Shown in pieces: positions 1-11,000 of a DNA stretch of 64,000 nt. Made by a program: the position numbers and the translations under genes. Each line of letters begins with the position of its first letter. Positions within the stretch are counted from its first letter, which is position 1. Origin of the DNA: Chrysemys picta bellii (lineage: Eukaryota); the NCBI RefSeq assembly GCF_011386835.1, contig NC_088798.1, positions 12,400,001-12,464,000 on the forward strand, written 5' to 3'. The notes below the pieces were generated by a model. It was given only the letters and a program-made list of their open reading frames with translations, was not told where the DNA came from and made no database searches.

Positions 1-25
1 CAAATGAGATTCCACCAAAACTTCT
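1..25 (-). CDS. LDLRAD1: LDLRAD1 putative coding exon 2, truncated by the window edge (RSFGGISF...)
   Basis: Pyrimidine-rich acceptor tttatttctcttatttgtag on the minus strand, open in phase 0 after exon 1. Too short to confirm by homology. Confidence 0.45.
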
Positions 26-437
26 CTACAAATAAGAGAAATAAAATACATAGCTTAAAAGAAGCAATGTTTACAGGTAATTTCAAATAATGTTAGTTAC
101 ATTTTTCTGGTGCTTCTGTGTCATTTTATATGTAAATACATTTTATACATCTCATTACCTTTATATAAAAAGAAAGATGAAATTATCTTAAAATGTGGAA
201 GATATTTCATTAACAAAATGGTTGCTAGATCCTCTTTGCATCTCATTCACCCATTTGTAAAGCAAAAGCTAATACAATTTCAGCATTTAAGATACATATT
301 TTTCTTTTGGTGGAATTACTTTTACGTATCAACAACTAACTATTGTACAGCAACCAGCAGGAAAGAGGCCAGACCAATTGAATGCATAGCAGCATTCTTT
401 AAAAAGTCATTACATTTTTTGAAGGGGATAAAATTAC

Positions 438-458
438 CTGAGGATGAGTTCTGTTCAT
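438..458 (-). CDS. LDLRAD1: LDLRAD1 coding exon 1 (MNRTHPQ)
   Basis: ATG AAC AGA ACT CAT CCT CAG|gtaatt, 21 nt. Resembles the human N-terminus MNKVFPQ. Position and strand downstream of TMEM59 match human synteny. Confidence 0.65.
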
Positions 459-616
459 ATTTAGGTATAGCCACAATGTTTTACTTAATAGGAGTTGAAA
501 AAGCCTTGGAATTTTTTTCCAGTACAGGGTTCAGCCATGCCATTTGCAGGCAGATCGTCTCTTTCAGATGGTTCTGTTTTAATGAGAGTCTACACCATGA
601 AGGGCACTGCCGCTGT

Positions 617-629
617 GTTACCTGGTTAC
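617..629 (-). promoter_or_regulatory. RFX X-box-like element upstream of LDLRAD1
   Basis: GTAACC-A-GGTAAC on the minus strand fits GTNRCC(N0-3)RGYAAC, about 160 nt upstream of the LDLRAD1 ATG. Confidence 0.4.
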
Positions 630-2281
630 TAAGAGAAACAGAGGTAGACAGGAAAGAGTCATTCTAATCTATAGTCATACACATATGATACAGGGCCTGA
701 TGGATGGCAGGAGAGGCAACATCAGCCTTTTCTCTGGCTCTGGGCGGAAGTGAGCGAGAGTTGGATGGTCATAGCCTGGTCCCTAGTGGACACATTAGCA
801 AACACCACACAGCTCAGCACAACTAAAGCTGCACTTGGAGCTGGGCTGGCAGGGCGGGAGGCGCTTTGGCAGAGCTGCAGGAAAGGCGGCGGTCTGTCTG
901 CAATAGCATTAGCTGGCCCCAGCCAGAACGCTGAGTGTCACTGTGTTAACAAACAGACTAGAAGTTACTGTGGCTGCAGACACACTAGGTAACTGCCACA
1001 GAGCGTTGGCATAGGCTTTCTGGAAGTGCTTGTCACCGGCCTGACTCTGCTCCTGCTGAAGTGTGTGTAGAGCTCCCACTTTGGAAAAGCCCATCCTTCT
1101 AACCTGGCCTGTCTGAGTCCATTTTTCATCTTTCTGCCTTCAGTGTCAGGGAAAGACACTCCCTTTGGTTTGTGGGAAAGTGCTAGAAAGGAAATAGACG
1201 GTAGCGCCATGATACCCAGCCCCAAGATGAAAGGGAGATCAAAGCAACCAAGGACAAATGTGTGTGTGGCAGATAGAAAAGAGACAGATCCTCTCCCCAG
1301 AACAAAGACACCATTAAGGACCCTCCTCCCTCATGGAATCCCAGAGCCCAGGCTCCAGGCCTAGCCCAAATAGCTACCGTGCAATTTTGTAGCCCTGCGA
1401 GCCTGAGGCAGCTGACCTGGGCCAGCCTGGGGTGTTCTATGGTAGTGTATGTACCCTTAGGATCCGAATTTTCAAAGGTGCTCAGCACTTCTGAGAATCC
1501 AACCCTAGCAGGCCTGATTTCCCTCTTTTACATTGGCGTAAAGTAGGAGGACCCTGCTTCGAAAAATCAACAGAGTTAGAACCAGTGTGAGGAGAATCAG
1601 GCCTGCTAAGAGTCCATGAAACAGGGATAACACTTACCTACCCTGGAGGGGCGCGCAGGCTCAGTATGGATTGGTGCCATGCTTTGAAGTAGTAAAGGGC
1701 TCTATATAACGTAGATAATACTCCAGCCCCTCTGCTATAGCTTTTGACAGGAGTACATAGCAAACCAACTGAACAGGAATTTTCTTCTCCCTTTTCTTTC
1801 TAGTTTCAGCGTGGATTTTGAAAACAAACCCAAGAACTGATGTCAGGATTAAAAGAAAGAGCCAGTTAATTTAAGCCTAATATTCAAAACTTTCAGAACC
1901 ACCACCACCGCACCTTTTTCTGTGTATCTTCCTTCCACCCCTCCTTTCCCCTCATTTTAACTCCACTGCTATTTGACTCAGGCTTTATCTTTCCCTGCTG
2001 GTGGATGTGAACCCAACAATGGGTGCAAGTAGCAAAAGGACAGATGCTGCTTTGCTGTAGTCTGCAAACCCAACTTCGCTGGCACCAGCACATCTTCAGA
2101 GACGAGTCACTGGGTCGGGCAAGAGAGCCTCTACCGCTTCCTTCCCCAACAACGTAAGAAAAAGGAATTAGTGTTTGTTTTATTCTAGTATAGGACATTG
2201 GCTTAGGTCTAAGGTCTTACATATGTCCATTATCTGACCATTTCCTCCTCTGCAGGAGGTAAAAGAATAGGAGCTGGCAAG

Positions 2282-2479
2282 CAGGGCCGGCTCCAGGTTT
2301 TCTGCCGCCCCAAGCGGCGGGGAAAAAAAATAAAACGATTTGGCGGCACTTCGGCAGCAGCTCAAAGAGGAAGAGAGGGACCCACCGCCAAATTCCCGCT
2401 AAAGACCTGGACGGAGTGCCGCTCCTTTGTATTGGCCACCCCAGGCACCTGCTTCCGTCGCTGGTGCCTGGAGCCGGCA
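2282..2479. mobile_element. GC-rich non-autonomous DNA transposon (hAT-like MITE)
   Basis: Termini CAGGGCCGGCTCCAGG ... CCTGGAGCCGGC (right TIR clipped). GC-rich island in AT-rich DNA, related to the copy at 48535. Confidence 0.6.
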
Positions 2480-4273
2480 AGGCACACATTTCCCTTCCCC
2501 GCAAATCCCATCTCTACTGTGGGAGCACATCATCATACTTCACCTGTGGGGTGAAATGTATGGGGTCTGTGTGTGATGTGGGAGGGGAAAGGGAGATTGA
2601 TCAGGAAATGGGGTGACCCAGGGATCTGCCGGAGGGCTGTGGATGAAAATAGAGCTGGAATGCTGGTGGTTGGGGAAAGAAGGTAAATAGTGCGGACAGC
2701 AGCCGCTCAGAGGAGAGGTCAGAGCTTTGTCTGGCAATGCAGGTACATCATGTGACTCCTGGGTAAACCAGTAAGCATACAGTAATAACTACAAAACAAA
2801 CAGCTCAGGGCACCGCCGTTATTCAACACTCCCACACGCTATTTTACTAGCGACTTAGCAGAACAGAGCTTACTGAGGACAACAGCCGCTGTCAGGAGCA
2901 GAATTTAATTTTCCAGACATGGTGTAATACCGGTCACCTTCTTGAAAATGTAAGGAGGATGGGTTAAATGATAAGGAGACACCTAGATAGTGAGCTAGTA
3001 CTAGGATTGTGATTTAGGGATGGGCATATACACAGCTATTGCAGTGGGAAAGTTATTGTCTGTTTTAATGTGATAGCACCCAGGGCAGAGGATGGCTATC
3101 TAAAATCGTGAAATAACAATGAATCATCCTCACAGGCACTAAAGCAAAAGTAGTTGCTGTGCCTCTAGTTCCACAAAGATTAGTAGTGAAAAGGAAACAT
3201 TCCAAACTAGAAAAGAATTGGAAAACTAAAATCTGTTTTAACCCAGAGGTAAATGCAAATAGGAGAGACACTTGAGGCACTATCCACATTAACAGGAAAG
3301 GAGAATATTACTTCCAACATAGGTCTTCAGAAGATGCTGCTTTCTTCTGTAGTGTAGATCCAGTTAGAATTAGTGTGCTTGGACAAGGGAGACGCTAAGC
3401 TGTATCTTAATCATCCAAATATTGCTAGGTCATCACTATAAGGGAACTTCAATTTTCTTTCCAGTCTTTTGCTCTCTAGCGCAAACATACCCAAAGAAGC
3501 CTTGAGACGCTGGGCACATAAGATTTATCGCTGGGCCCAAACATACAGCAAACATCTAATGAGATACGGTCACGCTTCATTTGTGATGGGACCCTAGGTG
3601 ATGCATCAGTTTCCACATATCTACTCACCTTGGGCTACCCTATACCTACCAGTTCAAATGTCCAAGCCCATAGCACATCTTAGGTCAGCCTCTGGCTCAG
3701 AATGATGCCCCCCTACTAGTTTAAGATTCCCCCTGCAGTCCCAACAAGATAGATACTGTCCAAGCATAAAGGGCTAGTTCCTGCCCAGGCAAGATTTACA
3801 GCTTAAATGACTGTTCTAGGAGAACATACTCTGGCAGGAGGGAAGCACTGAACACACAAGCAGACTGGTGCCATAGAAGTTTGTTAAAGATACTCCATGC
3901 AAGCCATTTACAGAAATATTACATTTAATAGTCAAAATATTGATCTAGCGGTTTAAGGAGCTTTGTAATATCCTCAGTTAGGGTTGCAGTTCCTCTTTGG
4001 GAAGACTACTGTGTTGAAAAAACAAAGCTACAAGTGGCTTGGCATGTGGTCTCCTTGCAGTTTTGGATATGCTAAACATTCTAAGTTTAGACCTAAAATT
4101 GTGGTGTAAATTAATGCACAAGGATTTTCAATTAGATGTTCTGGTAGCAGTGATGCTGAGTGTAATTGCTTATGACCACAATACATGCAGAATTTACAGC
4201 TGCTATCGAGGAGAGTAAGATCAGAAGCATGTGCCTCTATAAAAACAGGTCCTCCCAACTGGCTCATCATACA

Positions 4274-4276
<3 letters not shown>

Positions 4277-4307
<31 letters not shown>
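4277..4307. repeat. poly(T) tract, 31 nt
   Basis: Direct reading. Confidence 0.95.
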
Positions 4308-4311
<4 letters not shown>

Positions 4312-7300
4312 AAACAGTGTTTAAACAGGAATGACAAAAGAATTCAGTAAAATCCCCGGAGAGCTCAGGGAGGCTAGTTATCCACCATCCTCTTCTGGGA
4401 TCATTCTAAATAATTGGAATGATCCTACCCCGCATGATCACATTCGGGATCCAAAGTAGAGTTAACAAATACTCATAGCTTCATATTCTGCTCTTAAGTC
4501 TAAGAACCAGCAAGGACATTTCATCTTTTTCAGTCATTAAGAAATCAGAGACCAGCACACTCTCTGCTGTAGCCTACTAGAGAACACTTGGGTTTACGCA
4601 GGGAGATTATATATAAATCACAGCTCAATCAGGAACTGTCTTTGGCCAAAATGAGAACATTTGTACCTCAGTTTCTCCATCTACTAAAGTAATATTTGCC
4701 AGCCTTGTAGGGTGATGTGAGCCCTAACGAGATGGATGCAGAGTAATAAAATTAGTGGAACAGATAAGCATATAAATTTGTAACGTCCATTCACCTAGGC
4801 CTCTGATGGCACAATAACTAAGCTATGGCCACTGCACCATGGGGAGCAGGAATTATCAGTCTTTTGTAACTTAAATCATATATTGCTTATTGAGCAACGG
4901 AGATGCTAGGATTCCTGTTTCTAAGTTTAGATGTTTTTGAGTTCTCAAAACAAAAGAGAAAAGGGAACAAAGTACAATAATATGGGGAACAGGAAGGTGA
5001 GGAAATAGGTGGTCCTTCATCTACAATAGCTTAAAGCACTTTACTAAAGTTTTCATTTTTGGGCAGAGCCAAAACCCAAATCACTGCACACAAAATTAGT
5101 GTTTCAGAAAACAGAGCATCTGAATATAAGGAAGAGGAATAGAGATTGTTTTGCCATCTTAAAAACTGGTAAATAAGACCTAGGTCTGCTCCAATAATGG
5201 TTACAAACTACTGTATTTTCAAATACCAAGATGACTGAATTGCCGTCTGCATTTAGAGTAGGAACTGCTGGCATTAGTTTGATTCTGATAACGGACCTGG
5301 ATAAAACCTGAAATGTATAATACTGTGAAAGTCTGGTTCCTTGGACTATGGTTTTGTTTATAGAAATTAATACCTTGAGAAGTTCATTACGGGAACTCAA
5401 CTTCTGTAGGTGTCACCCATGGTAGAGTGTTACTGAGTCCTGGACTTCAGCATCTATTCATTGTATAGTAACATTTCAGGTAAGTAACAAGGCCCAAGAC
5501 TTGAACTTTTATTTATGTCTATTTGTTGATTTGTTTCTTCCTTTCGTTTCTGGTTTTCAGAAGTTTAAGCAGATATTACAGCTCAAAATAAAAACTAGAA
5601 GCTGTTGATTAACCCAAATATAATTAAAAATTTAAACATTTGAAAACATCCACCTTTAGAAATACAAGTTAAGAAAAAACAGTTTTACACTCATGAGTTA
5701 AAAATTAAAGTCATTGACATAATGAAAGCTGTACTATACATAGTGAAACAGGCAACTGGACAGTTATACTTTCAGTGAGGCTACATAAACACTATTTCCA
5801 GCATTTACACATCACAGGGAAAACAGATTCAATGCTACATATATGCTATATTCAATGCTAGTTATATGTCAAAATTTGGGATAATTAAAATGTCTTCAGA
5901 GACTGCACTGCAGACAAAGTTAGTGCAAAGAATACCAGCCATAGCCACTGGTATAAAGTCTGCATTTGCACCTAAAGATTTTAAACTGTCATTGCACAAG
6001 TTATATTTAATGCTGATGTGCTAGTATCAAACAAGGCTGTGTACCGATGTCTGAAGTACATAACTGCATAGAAATGAGAGTCTTAGGACTGATTACTACT
6101 ACAGATATAGAAAAGGCTATTTTGGGGCATCAGATTATGAAACAGTTTTTAAAGCACTGCACAACCAACCATCACATTTTTAGACCCTTGTATAACCTAG
6201 GTATTTAATAAAGACATGTTAAGAACAGCATTTCACTCCAACTTTCATGATTGTAAGTCAGATCCTCTTTCAATGCCACATCAACCAAAAGTTACTATGT
6301 AATTGGGCTTAAATTCAATGTTTGTACAATAACACACTAGACCCCTTGAAGAATTAGATCCTGAACTTCTTACACCTTCATGACAAAAAAGTAAGGTGCA
6401 CATAGTTTTGAAGAGAGCACCGATTTGTAGCAGCTCTGTGTATGCTTACCACATATAGCAAGCACCACAGTGTATGTGGTATGCACTCTAAGTATGGACC
6501 CATAATACATGATCTATAACCACAACTATATAGTTCTCAAACTTTAGAAACTTACTAAATGCATACCTTTTTCTAAACCTCACTCTCAACCAAACTTAAA
6601 ATTATTCTTCTGGTTTTAATTCATGCAACGAGTTATTCTCTGGACGTCTCAAGTATAATTTTTGCTAGAGTACAAAAGCTATGCAAAACCAGTAGATTTC
6701 TATTGCCTGCTTCTAACCTGAATGTAGACAATCGGATAAAGTTCAAAAAGTTATAAGTTATCTTATAATTTGGGCCAGTTTCTAAACATTTGCAAAGAGA
6801 CTTTGTAAGGAAAACCATCACAGTCCCTTCTTGCTTATAGATGCCTAGCAGGCACCATTAGATCATAGCTACTGTAGTAAAGAATAGAACTGTGTTGGAC
6901 AAACTAGCTATAACAATATTCTCACATAACTAATACAATTCAGTAACAGTATTTACTAATGTAGCAGAATGTGGTAAGGTTGCATATATTAGGGGGATGC
7001 TGGTAGATGAGTCTCATACTGAGTGCATCATGGTTAATTGAGAGCCATAGCAAAAGGCTACAGTCATTATTCTACTTTTCTAAATTTATTCTCAGTTTTC
7101 AGTAATCAATTTGTTTCTGACAATGAAACAACTGGACCCACTTAGGTAATCAATACAGCAAAGGGAGTGCCTTCAGAAAAAGTATGCTCTACCCTAACAA
7201 GCTATTGACGAGTTTAAGGCTAAAGTTTGTCAAAAGAATAAATAAGCATGTCTCTTTTTTGAGTGCAAAAGGATACGTCCATGAGTCATTAAAAACTTGT

Positions 7301-7749
7301 ATTTCTGACAGCCTGAGCTAAACCTGCAGTACCTCATTAATGCTCTGCATATTGATAACTGTAAAAAAATACATTTCTATTTTTGGGAAAAGGGTTATTG
7401 CAAAGATTAACGGATAATACAACATTTCTGCAAATAATGTTCTTAGTTACTCACAACTGAAAATGCCTGACCTAAGCATCTTCTGCCCACTGAGAATTTA
7501 TATCCTACTTTTACAGAGTTAATTCCGATCTTACATCATAGAACGGTTAGAAATGACTGATTGAAAGTGCCATGGTAGAAGTGTAGCGAGCATGCTTACA
7601 GTTTTTGTTAAGCAAAAAGGACACATTGCAAACTCCAGTGAAAGCAAGTACATATATTTGGAAAAAAACTGCAAGTTAAACGTGCAATTCTCTTCACTAC
7701 TAGAGGAAAACAAGGATTCCATGACAGACTGATTTGTTGATTCTGTAAC

Positions 7750-7755
7750 TTTATT
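7750..7755 (-). terminator. Candidate TMEM59 polyadenylation signal (AATAAA)
   Basis: tttatt on the plus strand, about 105 nt past the stop codon. More distal sites may also be used. Confidence 0.4.
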
Positions 7756-7859
7756 TTCATTTAAACTGACCGCTAAGCCCCGCAGCTGAAGAAACCATAA
7801 AAAAACACCAGGAGTTGATAGAAGTGCTAGAATTAGTCTATTAAATTCTTTTAAGCTAT

Positions 7860-8012
7860 TTAAATTGCTGAATGAGCCAGATTAACTTTTGTGGGTAGAG
7901 GTCCTGCTTCTTCATGTTCTTCAGTCTTGCATCGAACAACAACAAGAGCAGAAGCTGGGTATCTGGTCAGTTTTTCATTCATGTACTCCAAGTCTCCATA
8001 GATGCTCAGCTT
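7860..8012 (-). CDS. TMEM59: TMEM59 exon 8 ([50 protein letters not shown])
   Basis: Acceptor tttcag, TAA stop, matches the TMEM59 C-terminus. Confidence 0.96.
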   Translation of the reverse strand, partial: KLSIYGDLEYMNEKLTRYPASALVVVRCKTEEHEEAGPLPTKVNLAHSAI

Positions 8013-11000
8013 CTGAAATAATTAAACATTTTAAAAAGATCATATCATTACAGATTCTGAATGCAAGACTCAAGACATGCTTAGCCATAAGAACACAGAA
8101 TGGCCACAATGGGTCAGGCCAACAGTTCATCTAACCCAGTAGCCTGTTTTCCCCGGCAGTGGCCAATGCCAGGTGCTTCAGAGGGAATGAACAGAATAGG
8201 TCATCATCAAGTGATCCATCCCATCACCCATTCCCAGCTTCTGACATAACTATGATCATACATTTCTCAGTGAGGTTTTGAAGGTCCTCAAAGTAGCAAT
8301 GCTTCAACCCTTACTATGAAACACTTTGCATTTTCCATGACATCTAAAATTCATGTTCACAGTTGAGTCTGAGTCCAAGGCTAGGACTGACATGTTCCTG
8401 TCAGAATAAGTGTGGTACTTGCCAGTCTTGCATATTTTTAGAGGAAGGAGAGTGGGGGGGATGTCAGTTCAGCCAGTCCCTTCTCTCCTCCTCCAGTCAG
8501 ATTCCTGCCACTCACCCACATCATGTCCACAGGTTCCTGCCATTCTCAGCCTTTTCACAATCTTATTAAAACCCCTTTAATGGTTTAGTGAATGCACCCT
8601 GAAACCATACATCCCCTAGGTCTCACTCTGCTCTGGCAAAAAGATACTAGAAACAAATTTCCAGTTGTCAAACATGGTTACCATGGGGAAAAGGGTTCCC
8701 AGACAATGGGAGTTGCGGCGCCAGCGCTCGGGGTGAGGGCATCGCGCAGAGCCCCCAGGGCTGCCCTGTGCCTAGGAGGCAGATATGCCAGCCGCTTCCT
8801 GGAGCCGAGCCGGGCCAGGCAAGGAGCCTGCCTTAGCCCCGCTGACTGGATTTTTAGTGGCCTGGTCAGCACCAGGGTCCCTTTTCAACTGGATGTTCCA
8901 GTCAAAAGCCAGACACTGGGCAACTCAACAGCCCACAGGTAGATCTAATTGAGTATCACTGTCCTAAGCACTGGAATATGGGAGGGTTTTCTAAATCACA
9001 TCTCTATCTCTCTTGCTGAAGTTGTTCCACTGTGTGTAAACACCGTAATTAAACAATTATTGGAATAAGGACACAAACTTGGGTTTCCCACCTCCAAGGT
9101 GAGAGCCTTGATCATGACACTGTAGTCATTTCACTGTCTTTATCATTTATACAAAGTGGAACAGCTTCAACAAAATGCTTGAATAGTCATTGAGAATGAG
9201 AATAGTCATAGTGAGAATGACTGCAGCCTCGGTTATGGGCACTCACCTTGGAGATGGGAGACCCGCATTTATGTCCTTGGTCCAATGACTTTAATTTACT
9301 TTACACACAATTGAACAACTTTGAGAGATTGAGACCTGCCCCAAATGCCAACAGAGCATTCTTCTGCCACGTGGGAGACCAAAGTTCAAATCCCTGCTCC
9401 ACAGCCGGCAGAGAGGGGAACACAGGTGACCCACATCCCAGCTAAGTGCCCTATCTACTGGGCTAAAGGTTATAAAGGGAGGCACCCCCACCACCTTCTC
9501 CACCCATTTTGTGAATCTAGACCTTACAATTCTTGTCTTTACTTTTAAAACGTCCCAACAGAAAGTGCTTCATTTTGATGCAGATGAAATTTTGTTAAAC
9601 CCCAGGTCAAAATGCACTGACTTTTGATTTACCAACATTTTTAGTTTGATTCTAGCAGATTTTATTTTTTAATTTTGCAGAACAGCCAGTGAACCAAAAA
9701 ACCAGCTCTACACCTAAGACCCTATAGCATTTCAGACACTAAGTAATATGAATAACTTCAAGGTGATGTAAGCTATAGAATAATTCGCTTTACCTCAGAT
9801 GGAACATACTGCTGCACAGCTGTAGCAACAGTAGCACAACAAATCCAGAGGAGCACCAGTACGGAGAGAACAAGTGTAGTAGTTAAAATCCAACCAGAAT
9901 TTCTGAAATGTAATGAGCATCGTTAAAGTTGTTTATCCTGTTTTCTTAAACTGTTATTCCTAAAGACATACACTGGGCTTTACCAATCTGCGTTCCCATG
10001 TCTAGATCATTCAGTTGAATGCTTCACTGGAGGAGTCTGGGAAACCAGTCTCCCACCCCACCTTAGTTACCTGTCTTCAGGTACAGGGTAGGGAAGCACA
10101 ATGAATCAAGTCTAGCAGTTTCTTTACTAGGTCCCAAGCGGACTCCTACTTTAAGCTATTTTGCCAACAAATCTCTCCATTAATTGCATTTTGAATGCAT
10201 GACAGCAAAATCTCTGATCTCTCTTTCTGCCTTAAGAACCTCATTATGCCAGGGAAATAGCAGCCAAATGTTTAGTGCAATTCTAACGACCATACTCGTC
10301 AGACCAATGGTCCACCTAGCCCAGTATCCTGTCTTCTGACAATGGCCAGTGCCAGATGCTTCAGAGGGAATGAACAGAACAGTACGACTGAGTGATCCAT
10401 CCACTATCATCCAGTCCCAGCTTCTGGCAGTTGGAGGTTTAGGGGTACCAGGAGCATGGGGTTGTGTTCCTGACCATGTTGGCTAATAGCACTGATGGAC
10501 CCCTCCTCAAACTTACCTACTTCTTTTTTGAACCTAGTTAACTTTTGGCCTTCACAACATCCCAGGGCACTGAGTTCCACAGGTTGACTGTGCAGTGTGT
10601 GAAGTAGTATTTTCTTTTGTTTGTTTTAAACCAGCTGCCTATTAATTTAATCGGGTGACCCTTAGTTCTTGTGTTATGTGAAGGGGTAAACAACCACCAC
10701 AACCATTTCCCTATTCCCTATCTCAATATCATTCATGATTTTACAGACCTCTATCACATCTCCCTTTAGTCATCTCTTTTCTAAGTTGATCAGTCCCAGT
10801 CTTCTTACTCTCCCCTCATATGGAAGCTGTTCCATACTCCTAATCATTTTGTTGCCAGTTGATGTTGATAAACGCAAAGTAATGCACGCTGGAAAACCTG
10901 ATCCCAACTATTCATATAAAATGATGGGGTCTAAATTATCTGTTACCATTCAAGAAAGAACTTGGAGTCATTGTGAATAGTTCTCTGCAAACATCCACTC

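Noticed and set aside
110-667. 185-aa plus-strand ORF
   Set aside because: Starts at a non-ATG codon, shows no recognisable domain, and overlaps LDLRAD1 exon 1 and its promoter on the opposite strand.
1635-1710. Minus-strand TATA-like box, ATG and GTAAGT donor as an alternative LDLRAD1 first exon
   Set aside because: The ATG is only about 24 nt from the TATA, the peptide has no homology, and the phase-1 donor is incompatible with the phase-0 exon 2.
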